From Phyllosticta citribraziliensis (lineage: Eukaryota): 64,000 bases of DNA. Both the position numbers and the translations under genes were made by a program. Below are positions 23,053 to 35,322 of this stretch, piece after piece (position 1 is the first letter of the stretch; every line of letters starts with the position of its first letter). The stretch is from positions 62,001 through 126,000 of the forward strand of contig NW_027117343.1 of assembly GCF_038025025.1 (NCBI RefSeq), in the 5' to 3' direction. The notes beneath the pieces were generated by a model that saw nothing but the letters and a program-made list of their open reading frames with translations, did no database searches and was not told where the DNA came from.

Positions 23053-24982
23053 TCATTTCTTTCCCCTTCCCTTGGCATTAAACGTCTTCAATGGATCCGC
23101 CTTTTTGACTGGCCTGCCCTTGCCCATCTTCTTCTTCATCGCCCGAGCCTTACGGATGCGGTTCTCCTTGGCCTCGTCCTTCTTGAATCCCACAAATCCA
23201 ATCTCTTGCGCAGCGTCCTTCTTGCCTCCCGCTGGAAGCAAATACTCGGGCACGTGCCTCAAATGCGGTTGCATCCTTGCCGTTCTGGCTTCGCTGTCGT
23301 GCCTCAGATGCTGCAGGTCCTGCGGGTTCTCTTCAAAGTGGCGTTTCAGCTTCTCAGACTTGAGCAGTTCCTGGCGGAGCTCGCGCGCACGTGCCTCACG
23401 TACGGCGATGCGGGTCACAGCGCGCAGTGCGTCGGCGAGACGATAGCGGAATCCATCGAGCTGCTTCATGTCGAAGTTGTACGGCTCCACCTTGCTACCG
23501 CGCTTCTCTTGAGACTTTTCGATCTTGGCCAGCACTTCCTCGTCGCGCTTGCACGATTCGACGCTTGTGGGCTTGTGCTTGCGATATTGGTCCTTGGGAA
23601 TAACAAACGAGATGGCCATGCCAGTCTTGCCAGCGCGCGCCGTACGTCCAATGCGATGCGTGTAGGATTTTGAGGTGGTTGGGAGGTCGAAGTTGAGAAC
23701 AAGGGAAACGTTTTGAAAGTCGATGCCACGAGCAATTCCGTACTCCTTGTCCCGTTTGCGCGCCTTGCGCTTCTTGCGAGGGGGCTCTGCCGATGCGTCC
23801 TTGTCCTTGATCTCTGAGTCTTCCGGCGCGTCATCCTCCGCTTCCGCTTCTTGCTTGTCCTCTTGGTCTGCTTCTTCCTCCACGTCGTCTTCTCCAGACT
23901 TGCTCTTTTTCTTCTTCTTGTGTTCGCTACCCAGCACCTCATGCTCGTCCGTGGCAATGATGATGTCGTAGACGTTTCTGTTGAACTCCTCCACGACGTG
24001 AATTCTTGAGTTGACAGGAAGCTCAGAGTTGAGAACACAGCTCTTGATGCCGAACTGCTCGAGGAACAGCTTGAGCCTGTAGCAGCGGTCTATGTCTGCA
24101 ACAAAGATGATACTCTTTCCTTTGACCAGTCTCAGCTTGAAAACGGCGTAGATGAGCAGAAACTTCTCGTCCTCGGCACACTTGACAATGTACTGCTTGA
24201 GCTTATCCGTGTCCTCCTCCTCTTCGTCAAGCTCCAAAAGTACCGGATCGCGGCAGAAGAGCCCCTTCAGGTCGTCGACGTCGCTGCTTAAGGTTGCGCT
24301 CATGAGGAAGGCTTGTGCAGTCTTTGGGATGGACTTGGAAATGTTTTGCAAGTCCTCCTCGTAACCGTACGAAAGCACCAAGTCGGCCTCGTCGATGACC
24401 AAGTGCGCAAGCTGGTCCAACGACAGCGCTGAGCTGTTCAAATTGTGGAGAGCTCGGGCAGGTGTCGCTACGACAATGTCTGGCGAGTTGGCGAGCCGAG
24501 CGCGCTGCACCTGGTCATCCTCCTTCAATGTGATGTTTGCCGTCCTCACATCCTGACCGCAAAAGGTTGCAAAGGCTTCGATCGTCTTGCTCACTTGGCC
24601 AGCAAGCTCGCGCGTAGGAACGAGTATCAAGGCCGAGGTGCATCTAGAAAAGCGAGGGTCGGATTTGCGCTTCAGGATGGATTGAAGAATCGGAAGAACG
24701 TAAGCCGCGGTCTTGCCAGAGCCCGTCTTTGAACGTGCTGCTTTGCGTTAGTAAAGAAATCACACTCGGTAGATTGGACGTACCAAGTATGTCCTTGCCC
24801 TCCAAAGCCAGCGGAATCGCCTTGGCCTGGACAGGAGTGGGCTGTGAGAACTTCTGCCGAACGATGCCCTGCAGTAGCCTGGCGTCGAGTCCAAGATTGT
24901 CGAAAGATTGCGAATTTTGTTCGACCGCAACGGCGTCGGCCTCCTCGGGCACATCGTTCTCGTTCAATTTGCGCTTTCCCAT
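23053..24982 (-). CDS. DBP9: ATP-dependent DEAD-box RNA helicase Dbp9 (2 exons)
   Basis: Q motif (FSQPTPVQ), KTGSGKT, PTRELA, DEAD, SAT, ARGIDF and HRIGRTAR. Dbp9-type features [22 protein letters not shown] and HFEENP..L..LRHD. Confidence 0.95.
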
Positions 24983-25313
24983 GGTGACGTTGGTTTGCAG
25001 TGGTGCTAGTGTTGTCGATGATTTGGTTGCGCTTGGCGGCGAGGAATTGCGCCGGCTTGGGGGAAAATTTCTGCCGACCTCCACCGCCTCGATGGGGTCT
25101 ACCTCCGGCACGTCCTCCCCGCACAGACTGGACGAGTCTCCTTCAACACCATTGCACCAACGTCCGTCGCACTCATGTTTTCAATTTCGACACGCGAGGA
25201 TACTACTCTCTGTGCTTGAATGTCACATAGCCCGATGACATCGACGACTACTCTGTTCACTCACTCGAGGAATGCACTATATTGACCAAACACTCGAATT
25301 TCAGGCTGACAGC

Positions 25314-28141
25314 TCAACAATCGTCTCTTCGCCCGTACAGACGCGAGGCGCGCTCTTCCGGCGTGTCGTTCCCAATGCTGTCGAGGTATTCGCGGAACGA
25401 TTTGCTCATCTTCATGACCCTCTGGAAATGCTCGCTCTCAACTATGATTTCGTCTCCCTCTTTGTGGTATTCGCTCTCGACAGCGTCGTGTTCTGCCAAC
25501 GCGATTGCCGTCTGCAAAGCGTTTCGAATTTCCCGACCATTCCAGTCCATGGCACACATCTCCGCTCCCTCTAATATGTAGCGGGTCGCTCCGGGCGCCA
25601 CTCGAATTTTCCCTTGGCATTCCCGGGCCAGTTTGTCAAGAAAGTTTTTCCAGATCACTCTTCGTCTCTCTGGGCTGAGTTTCTTGATCTCAATCATGAT
25701 GTGTACCCGCGATATGAAAGCTTCGTCGATGAACCCCAACCGAGTGGTGGTCAAAAAGAGAAGGCCTTCGAAGTATTCCATCTTCCGGAGAAAAGCTATG
25801 CCAACATCAGCACATGAACAGAAGTCAGGCGCAAGCACGCTCATACCGGATACCATTGCGTTTCGATCCACGTCTTTGTGTTGGCGACGTTCCAGGAAGA
25901 CGTCTGCCTCGTCAATCAAAAGTATCGCCTTGAATCTGTTTGCCAAGGAGAACCATTCCGTCAGCTCCGCTTCAATCGTCTCTTCCTCGTCTTTCAAGTC
26001 GGCCATAGTGAGGCTGATCAGGGGTCGTCCAGTCGCCATGGCCGTGGTTTCTGGCAGCAGTCAACACGACGCGAATACTCAACTTTCTACACGGGGACTT
26101 ACCAACTGTGTATGTTTTTCCGACACCCGGGGGCCCTGTTTGCGGAGGTCAGCCACCAGCCCTTGGAAGGTCTTGTCCAGACGAACCGTGTAGGAGAACC
26201 ACGACACCCTTGCCCTTGTTCTTGATAAAGTCTGCGGACCACGGCACTTTGGTCTTCATTTGACGATTCGATAGGGCCTTGATGAACTTGAGTTCTTCTT
26301 GGGGAATATTCGCCGGTGGGACTTTGTCAGGCTCCCCCAACTCGGAAATCCAGTCGACGTTGATGATTGCTGGTTCGATAACCATTAGCGTTCGACAGCG
26401 CTCGAAGCATGGCGCGAAACTTACTCCAGCTCTTCGTGAGGAGCGCAAACCCCGGCATGATCGGACAAAGAAGAAACAAATGTTCCTCTGACAGGAGATC
26501 GGGCGAATGATCAGGATCCTTGGTATTTAAATCCAACGGATTGACTATCTTCGACGATGCAGCCCTCTTGGGGTTATCCAGACCTTCTGGACCCTGGACC
26601 ACTTCCATGAAGTCGTAATTCCAGTTGTGGTCGGGAAGATCGGTGTCCTGGGAGTACGTCGTACAGGCTATGAGAGGACCATTATACTTTTGTCTGGGTC
26701 AGCCAAAATCTCCCGGGGTTTCTGGAACGCAACTTTACCTCTGGTTTCACTTTCGGCAACATGAGCTTCCCATTGTAGTTGACGTACGAATGGTCCTTCC
26801 ACAGGATGTTGCGAATCAGGCGTCCTCTTTTCTGATAGTCCGATCTCCGTTTGTTGCCGTCTTTGATATCAAAGTAGTCCCTTGGAAACACGGGCAGATC
26901 CAGGACAAGCTTCTCGCCTTCGAAATGATCGACTGTCACCTTCTTCAGGGCTGTCGCCAGCCAGCCAGTCCCCCAGATGGAGTCTTGAAACCAAACGTAG
27001 ATTTCCCAATGGCCCTTGTCGTGCGCCTGTCCTCCAGTTCCGGGGACCAGTGCGGCTCTCTGGATAACGCAGCCGATCCAAACGTTGTCATGAATATGGT
27101 ATGAAAGCGCCCCGGGACGAAGGAGGTACCACAAATCATTGTAAGTGACAGTCGGCTTGGCTTTTTGAAGTCTTTTCTGAGCTGGCAAAATTTCTCGCTG
27201 GATCTTTGGGTCCAAGTAATCCAGCAGTACCTGAATGTGTTCACACTTTTCCAGATTCTTCGGATTGCTGCTTTCGAGAGATTGATCCTCTTCCAGTCTG
27301 GTCTTGAGAGCCTTCAGTTCATCGATGTGGTGCAAGAGAGCACAAAATGGCTCTCTGAAGGTCACTGTATCTCCGAGAAAGTTTTGACTGCAATCGGTGA
27401 GCAACAGCGGCCATCAGCTTTCACGGACGACAATACCTGGGATAGTACTCGACAACTTCCCTGACGGCCTCCAACAGGACAGCTGAGTAGATCACCATGG
27501 TAACTTTGTCAATACTTGCGACCTTCATGTCCGAAAGAGACTGGCTCCCGGCTTCCCACACGCGATTGATTCTTCGGGTTCCATGCACCACCGGCATTTG
27601 TCTCCAGCCTTTGGACTCGACTTGCACGAAATGCTTGATTTCAAAGACGCTCGGAGGGCGTTGACGTATTGGCTGCGCGATTTCGAGAGTCAGAGGAGCG
27701 TCGTTCCTCTTCTCTACAAAGTAGCCGCCGCTCCTGTCGTTGCAATGATACACATATCTGACGTTGCAAGGACTCTCATCGACAGGCTCCACGGTCGATG
27801 CTACGGAAGCAGTCTCAGCCGCTAGGTGCGCATCCAGTGTATCGACCGGAGAGGTCTCAAGCATTGAATGGTCGTGATCGCTTAAGTCGGCCGGAAGATC
27901 AGGCTCGAGATCCGCGTCGCAATCCTCTGGCAAGTGGATTCTTGGAGCGATCTCGAATTCTTGATTGACATCCTTGCTTGAGTTGTCTCTTTTGTTCTCT
28001 CTTTCCGTCACAGCGCCTGTCGAGGTCGGGCTGTTCTTGGCGATTTCGGTCACCTCTGGGACAACATGATCGGCCTGGAGTTTCTTTATGTGTAAGCCTC
28101 GCGTTGTTTTTGTCTACCTTGGTGTTTCTGTCTCTTACCAT
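25314..28141 (-). CDS. Fungal AAA+ ATPase with a long N-terminal extension (DUF7025-type), about 8 exons
   Basis: Walker A LLHG|PPGVGKT (split by an intron), Walker B ILLIDEADVFLERR, and FLRKMEYFEGLLFLTT..IDEAFISR..NGREIRNA. Seven GT-AG introns give one continuous frame from ATG 28141. Confidence 0.9.
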
Positions 28142-29002
28142 TGCTTGCTTACTGATATGCTTCAATTTCTGATCAGCGAACAAATGATCAAGATCCAAGA
28201 CAAGGCAACGGAAATTTCTGGGCAAATCGAAAAAGGTGGTGCACCATTACACGAGGCTCAGACAAGTTCCGCGGGAGAATAAATCGACCAGAAGCCCCGC
28301 ACTGCAAGTAGCCGCGTACGCTCCCTTTTGGACGCGAGGAGGCTGTACAGTGCAAGGCTGGGCGTCTCAGGGCTTGATGCAGGTAAGAATATTCATCGGA
28401 AATCCGCAGGGCACGCAGTTCTTAGCCTCTCCAATCCTCAGATAACCGACCTGGTCTTTAATAAGCAGCCTTGCTTGTTGTTTGCACTTAATGGGCTGAC
28501 TTGTTGGCTTATCTGCAGTACGTGTGGTGAGAATTACGCTTGGTAACACGAATCAAGTGCCCGAGACCTTGCGCAGAAGTAGCAGTGATCGAGGTGAAAT
28601 GTCTACATACTCGTCACATCCGCCCCTCGAAACCGAAGCCTTTTCCCCCATCGCTGGGCTCTGCATAGGACGCAACGAAGTATTCACTCAGCCAAGGGTA
28701 CGAAATCTGCCAACTCCGGCACGCCACGAACCGCAAGATCAAGCCTGACGTGTGTGCAGGCAGAAGCGTTGCACCTCGCTCAGAAGCTTGATTGGTTTGT
28801 GGACCTGCTGTGTCATCAAGCCACCGAGGAGCGACCACGACTACAGCCTTGTTCGCAGCCTTGTCGCTGACCGCTTGACCGTTCACTGGGAAGGCAATCT
28901 CTAGTTACGAGTTGGACCTTCGCAAGTGGTCTACTGCCCTGGCGTCGACTTGAACCTCCGCGTTTCCGGCACGGCACACTCTTACGAGATTAAGACACAG
29001 TC

Positions 29003-31074
29003 ATGGATGCCTCCGACGCTTTGCTGCTGGTCCGCCAGTACAGCGAAACACAAATGTCCAAAAATCCAGACGATACGCTTTAGTGAGTTGAATTCGAAAG
29101 ACGGTATCGCAGAAATCGCACTTATGCTTTGGTAGCAAAAGTCTTGCAGACATGGTGCAGTGGGAAGAACAACAGGAAGCTTGAGGAGAAAGAATTTTCA
29201 GCGAATCAGCAGACAAGTCTGTGCAAATGTACACCAAGAATGACAATTTTGCAGAGAACAGATAGTGGGGTTTTCGTCACTACAGCTCCAAATCTCAGCT
29301 GACCTTGACGTAGCTATGATGTCTTCAACGGGGTCAGCGAGGTAGACGAAATATCCCAAGAACTCGAAAAGTCGTGGAGCAGGGTTCTCAAACACGTCAA
29401 CAAAAACAACAAGAGGAGAAGACACCTGTTTGTCCGCGAAGAATATGAAAAGCCTAGCATGGAGCAGTTGCGCAAGTTGCTCGATGAGTCGCACAAGGAA
29501 ATGGAAAAGGGGAAAGAAACGAAACGAGGCAGAGCGAAGAGCTGGGTCGTCAAAGTCCTCGACACGCTTGGGCAGTATGAGTATCTCTTCGCAATGCTTC
29601 CAAAGGACGACAAGTACTCTTTTTTGTTCGTCGGCGCGTTCACCGCAAGCGTCAAGGTTTTGGTCCCACCACTTTGCCGTTGAAGGTCGACTGATTGCAG
29701 CAGGCTGCTCAAACGCGTGAAAGCACGGCAGAGAAGATCTCCGACTGCCTTGGAAGGGCATCTGATCAAGTGCGCACTTTGTACAAGTCGGCCAGGGAGG
29801 CTCCAGACTCGGAGTACATCAAGAGGCACATAGCATGCTACTACTGCGCTCTGTTCAAGCTCCTCGCCAAACTGTTGGACGAGTGGTACCGCTCGCCCAC
29901 ACAACGGCTGAAAAGCATCCTCGGAGATTCGCTTCAGGCAGAAATGCGGAACTCCATGGACAAATTGAAGTACCACACGGAGCAGGCGGAAAAAGAGGCC
30001 AACAGTGTGACTAATAAGAGGTGGCTCAACGTCGTGGCTTTGAAGTTGGGGGCCCATTGCCAAGCGGGATTGGTCGGGCAGGCCATCGACAGTCCGAGAT
30101 CAAGGGCAGCGCAATCGCCTCCGCCGACGGTCGCGGCGCCTCTTGAGAGGCTGCAAATAGAGTCAAATTGCGGAGATTCGGGGACAGATCAAGCTGCTCC
30201 ACCCGCGCAAGACGACATCAAAAAGGAGTCGCCCGAGCACGATGAGCCAGAGAACCCCGCAGATGCAAGACCCTACTGGACAAGCAAGACAGTCCAAGAA
30301 GCCACGGAGAACCTCGGGCGATTCGTACAGACAGAAAAGATCAACAACCTTTCAGCACAGTCGCGCTACCTGTCGGTCAACCATAACGTCTACCATTCGC
30401 TGGCCTCCTGGGCCTCGAAAGGTGCTTCGGAAGCTCGATGGATAGCGGGACCGCCGCCCGATGCCCAGCCATCGCAAAACACCTTGACAGCGGCGTTCAT
30501 CGTGGCCGCTTTGCGCAACCTCGGCGTGCCGGTCGTGTCGTACTTTTGCGCGTACGACCCGAGCCGTTACAGGTCATTCGATCTCGAGGAGGAGCTTCTC
30601 AAAATGGTGTACGCGTTGATCCACCAGATTGCGGCCGCGCTGCCAGAGCAGCTTGATTTTGAAACCAGTAGAGGCGCAGCACTGGATCTTTCTACAGAAA
30701 GAGTCGTCCAGTTTGGATTGCGTAAAGACAGCCTCGCGCAGGCGATCGAGCTTCTTGAGGAAGTCCTGTCTGTCGGCCCGCCTCTGCTCTACGTCATCAT
30801 TGATGGCCTGCAGGTGCTTGACAAGGCAAGTAACGGCTCGGGTTTGAAAAGCTGTCTGCAGCGCTTCGTTGGGATTCTCGGCGACGCGGTCAAGGCTTCA
30901 TCCGACCATGGAAAGATTGTCAAGGTCGGATGGTTCACTGACCATCAGAGCATGACGCTGCAAGAAGCCTACAGACTCGGCACCCTTCGAAAAGAAGTGT
31001 TTGATTTTGAGGAAGAAGACGAGCTGCTGGGTATGATGAAAGTGCCCGATGTGACGAGGTTTGGCAAGTCGTAG
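29003..31074 (+). pseudogene. STAND/NACHT-like protein (helical N-terminal domain plus degenerate NTPase); apparent in-frame TGA in exon 2
   Basis: Four-exon model beginning MDASDALLLVRQYSE. The helical domain includes YEYLFAMLPKDDKYSFLFVGAFTASVK|AA and IACYYCALFKLL..WY. RWIAGP occupies the Walker A position without GKS/T, followed by VVSYFC and the Walker B-like YVIIDGL. TGA at 29182-29184. It may instead be translated from a downstream ATG. Confidence 0.55.
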
Positions 31075-31146
31075 TTGGACCGATTAAGGAAAATGAGGAG
31101 GCGCGCTTCAGCCCGGTCCATCTCTTTTTCATCTTCGTCTCGAAGT

Positions 31147-32778
31147 TTACTCGTTTCCGTGAGCGGTTCCGTACAGCACGAGCAACACGCACGTCGACAT
31201 TTGCGCGTAAAAGGCAAATTCCAGCTCGCGCCTCGTCTCCAGGTGTGAGCTGCACGCCTTCGCCGCCTCGTGCAAGGCAAGCAGGTCGTCCAAGACGTAG
31301 CAGTCTCGGCCCGGGGGTAGCGCAGCGTCGGGCCTGTAGACAAACTGGTGGACCAAACGCAGCTTCTCCTCCATCGAAAGGTCGTGGCGGAACGGCGTCT
31401 GTCGGAGAGGACGGTCATCCTGGCAAAAGAGGTGCATGCACTCTACCCGAAAGTCTTCAAAGCGCTTCAGCGTCTCTTGCTGTCTCGAGTCGGCCTCGCT
31501 GGCAAGTTGCGCAAGTCTCTTCAACTCCGGCAGGAAAGCGATGTGCGCGTCGGCTCTTTCTTGCCATATTGTCATGAACCAGTTGAGCGCGATGGTGAAG
31601 CAGCGGTACTGGGCGTCGCTGAAGAGCGTGCGGCTCGGTCCTCCGTTGAGCAGCGAGCGTCTCGAAATGAACACTTCGTCCTCGGTGTTGTGCAGCGCAT
31701 TCCTCTCGAGTTTGAAGGGCCTCGCTTCCCCGTCTGCGTGGCGAGGATTGCGCCCGTTGTCAGCGTCGGGCTTTTCGATTGGCCTGCATTTGTGTGGCTG
31801 CTCGGATTCGAGCTGCAGCGCCTCAGCCTTGCGCTTGGCTGGTGGACTTGGTGTCTCCGAGTGATCGCTCCAAATCCAGCTAGCGGTGTCTGGTATGGAT
31901 CCATTGTCTCCGTTTGTCGCGTGTAGTCGGGCCTGCTCTTGCTCCACCAGAAGCTTCAAATGTTGCCGGAGTTCGACTTGCGATGGGTTTGGACTATTCT
32001 CTGGGTGTTCTTGCGTCGAATTTCCGGGGTGGTTTGATTTTTCCCGAACGGCTTCTTCGTACGGGGGCGGATCGTCATCTACGACGGGATTCCAAGCATT
32101 TGGCATGGCCTCCTTGTCCTCGATTCCGTACACCGCCCACTCATCGACCCCCCATGACCGACCGCTGTATGTCTTCACGTGATCAATCGACGGAGAATCT
32201 ACTGGAACGCTCCGGGCTTTGGTGGCAAAGCGCTCCAACAAGTCTGCGGCAGACTCCAGGTACGGCAAATACACTTCAAAGGCAGTACTACGCGAAAGCG
32301 ATCTCAGGCTGAGAAGTAGGCCGCGCGAATTCGAGGGCAATGGGTTTTTGAACGGTTCAGTAGGCATCATGGCGTAACCGTGTTCTTGGAGGGCAAAGGA
32401 TAAGCGAAGGACTTTGGTAGACGAGCCGAGGCCTGCTCTGCGAAACTCATGGGCTGCTTCCGGGTCGTCTTGGGCCGTCACGACATCGATGGAGAAGAGA
32501 TTGTCTAGGCTTGCAAAGGAACGCGCAGGTAGGATGAGATGGACATCTCTCCTTTTCTTGCTTGCGACCCGCATCTTCAAAGGAAGGGAGAGTCCAATCA
32601 TGCACTTCTCATCTGCATCATCGGCAAACCACATGGACAATTCACCACAGCGACGTCCAGAAAAAGCCAATTGCCCAAGAAACATTGTGTGTCCCGTCTG
32701 CGCGTCGCGCCATTTCACCAAGAACTCGTTTGCGTAATCCAAGTGTGGTGCGGAAGAAAAACATGGACGGCCTTCCAT
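31147..32778 (-). CDS. Hypothetical protein (543 aa) with a PPxY motif
   Basis: Long uninterrupted ATG ORF with a globular-looking N-terminal region, DDPPPYEE, a linker and a helical C-terminus. Confidence 0.8.
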   Translation of the reverse strand: MEGRPCFSSAPHLDYANEFLVKWRDAQTGHTMFLGQLAFSGRRCGELSMWFADDADEKCMIGLSLPLKMRVASKKRRDVHLILPARSFASLDNLFSIDVVTAQDDPEAAHEFRRAGLGSSTKVLRLSFALQEHGYAMMPTEPFKNPLPSNSRGLLLSLRSLSRSTAFEVYLPYLESAADLLERFATKARSVPVDSPSIDHVKTYSGRSWGVDEWAVYGIEDKEAMPNAWNPVVDDDPPPYEEAVREKSNHPGNSTQEHPENSPNPSQVELRQHLKLLVEQEQARLHATNGDNGSIPDTASWIWSDHSETPSPPAKRKAEALQLESEQPHKCRPIEKPDADNGRNPRHADGEARPFKLERNALHNTEDEVFISRRSLLNGGPSRTLFSDAQYRCFTIALNWFMTIWQERADAHIAFLPELKRLAQLASEADSRQQETLKRFEDFRVECMHLFCQDDRPLRQTPFRHDLSMEEKLRLVHQFVYRPDAALPPGRDCYVLDDLLALHEAAKACSSHLETRRELEFAFYAQMSTCVLLVLYGTAHGNE

Positions 32779-34680
32779 CGTATACGCAGGGAGGATTTCA
32801 GGGGCACGGACACAGCAGATCTAGAGTAGCCAATCAACCGTGATATTCAAAATATCTACAGCAGTAAAGTACAAAAACCCCCGCGAAATTGCGCAGGAAT
32901 CCCACCCACCCAGGCTTTGACAAGCTGTTTGCTTGAGAGCAGCACTGGCTCCACTAACCGGGTCGTCGCGACGAAATCCTTGCCTCATGAGCGAGCCCAG
33001 CTCGAGAAGTTGTGCGAGCCAGAGGTTTCCCTCGAACTAGCACGCGTCCGGAGAAGGCCAGCCCAGGAAGAAAGCAAACAGGAGCAAGGCCAGAAACCAG
33101 CCAGACCGGCGATCCGAACGATCCGAGGGCGAGTCAAGCTCGAGAAGATTGTGCGGGCCAGAGAGGTACCTCGAGCCAGCACGCAACCAGAGAAGACCGA
33201 CCCAGGGTTTCGAAAGGAACGACCACCCTCGCAGGCAACCCGACACTCCAGCGCGACGATTGGATCCCGGATAGTTGCTGCGCGATCGAAAAGCAAACAG
33301 AAGAAACGTACGTTTGATGAACAGGCGAATGATGGACACGAAAACGAATGAGCTGTCGGCGCGGTGCGGTGATGTTGTCAGTTGAGCTGACTTTCCGGGG
33401 CTGGGCTGGGTGGAGTTGATCGGTTTCGGGAAATATGTTAGTCCGAGAAACGCGCGCTTACCAGATCACGTGAATATTCCTGGTTCGGGACCGGAGCCAC
33501 AACCATCAAACATCTTCCCCGCGCTTTATAACGGCGATCCTACTTTTACAACAGTGTTTCTATTCTCGAGGTATCATCAGATTTTGATTGAGACATCTGC
33601 ATTTGAAACTCACCATCAGATTTCCGGTCAAGCCTTTCTACCTCGTTTCGGCAAGCTTCCAGAAGCTTTGGAACCCAGCGCGAACGCGACGTGCAGCCGG
33701 AATCCATTGTCAGTCGGGTCGCATTGAAGGATGTCACGACCCTGAGACCGCCATTTTGCATGCGCGTTTGCAATTGTCCTCTCCCAAATGCCGGCCCCGC
33801 TCGGTTTCGCCCCGAGGAATGCTGACATCTTGCAGCGCGGGAAGATGTAGCGACCCAACTGCAGACGACCCGTTGGCAACAACACTGGAGTGCCGTACCC
33901 CAGTCTGCGAAGCCCACGCAACGCAAACCGGTCGATGGAAAGAGCCTCCGGATGCGAAAGCCACTGGCGTAGTCCAAAGTCTAGCCGTCAAGAGACAAGA
34001 AAAAGACAAAAGAAGGAAGATTAAGTAAATGAGAAAGAGACTGCTCGGCAACGCATTTATCGGGCGCGTTCCTCCAGACCGGCAGCCTGCAGTGGCTTGG
34101 AGGGGCCGCACCGCTTCTGGCTCAACAACCGCACAATCACGAGAGACGAACCACACAGAAACCATTGGCTTTTCTCCATCACTGGGCATCAAAGTCCCCA
34201 AAATATCTGCACACGTTCACGAAATGGTCCCTGATTCTGCCTCAAAAGACTTGAAGGATTGAGAACACCTAAGAAGCGCAGGGCCACAGGCGCTGCACCA
34301 TCTGTACCAGCCCTCTGATTCTGATTGTGGTCGCATTCATATGTCCCTGCTCTGCGGCAACATCTCAGCTTTCGCCCATTCAATCGCCTCGTCCTCGGGC
34401 ACTTGCAGCTATAGCACCAGGACCAGATCAATCGCCGAAATTCGATTTCAGCTCTTCACAGCACTCTGGACACCTTGACCATACGCTTGGTCGAAGTTTC
34501 CTCGCAAGTCTGCATGTCGGGTACTCTGCACGTCAAGCTTTCAATCATGTTCTGGTCTTTGCTTGCGCTAAGACTCGGAGCTGGCACAAACTCCCATATA
34601 TTCAAAATGAATTAACAAGTACAGAAAACTCCCATTTCCATTCCCGCAGATCCCGAAAGATACCCAGTCCCTCCCTAAGA

Positions 34681-35018
34681 CTAGCACGATTGGCGACCGA
34701 GCGCCTGGGTGATGGTGATGCAGCTGGCACCGGTGTAGGGGTTGTCCTCCTGGCCGTCCGGGCAGTCGCAGGCGGTTCCGTAGGGGCCAATGACGCCCTG
34801 GCAGAGCTTGGCGCAGCGTCCTGAAAGAGATTCGGAGGTCAATATACTTCATTCTGGCGATGAAAGTCAATTTCCAAAGAGGAGAGTCTCATACCCTTGG
34901 GGTACTCGCACGAGATGGCGCCGCCGTAGCATGCGCGCTCGCCGTTCTGGGCAAGTACGGGGGCGATGAGCAGGCCGACGGCCATGGCGATGATGGAAGT
35001 AATCTTTTGGGCGAGCAT
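34681..35018 (-). CDS. Small secreted cysteine-rich protein A (8 Cys, 2 exons), candidate effector
   Basis: MLAQKITSIIAMAVGLLIAPVLA-QNGERACYGGAISCEYPKG|RCAKLCQGVIGPYGTACDCPDGQEDNPYTGASCITITQALGRQSC*. Intron at 34821..34894. Paralogous to 37204..37503. Confidence 0.9.
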
Positions 35019-35230
35019 TGTGGAGGTGAGTGGACAAGGTAAAGGGTTTGGTGAAAGAGATCGAGTTGCTTTGTTCGGAATGAGGGGACAGATTAACGGT
35101 CTGAATTGCACTTCTTATACGCCCTCATTGTCTTGTCTTGGGTACTGACTTGTCTGTTTATTCAGGCACGTGCCGTGGAGGCTGTGGAAAATGAGGACTG
35201 TCGTATAGAGTACGATGCCTCGAGTCACTG

Positions 35231-35322
35231 GACTTGCCAAGCAGAGCGAGCAAATGGAGCGACTTGCCAAGCAGAGCGAATACATGGAGCGACTTGCCAA
35301 GCAGAGCGAACACATGGAGCGA
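35231..35322. repeat. 30-bp tandem repeat, 3 copies
   Basis: gacttgccaagcagagcgaRYaMatggagc starting at 35231, 35261 and 35291. Confidence 0.95.

Noticed and set aside
25740..25755. AAA+ sensor-1 reads TTTR rather than the usual TTNR, suggesting inactivity
   Set aside because: Thr is still polar and Walker A, Walker B and the Arg-finger region are intact, so there is too little to claim loss of function.
34340..34560. Possible gene relic on the minus strand (LQVPEDEAIEWAKAEMLPQSRDI*)
   Set aside because: Too short, and no coherent exon chain or start codon could be built.
35231..35322. 30-bp repeats as a CRISPR-like array
   Set aside because: The units are directly adjacent with no unique spacers, there are no cas genes, and the genome is eukaryotic.
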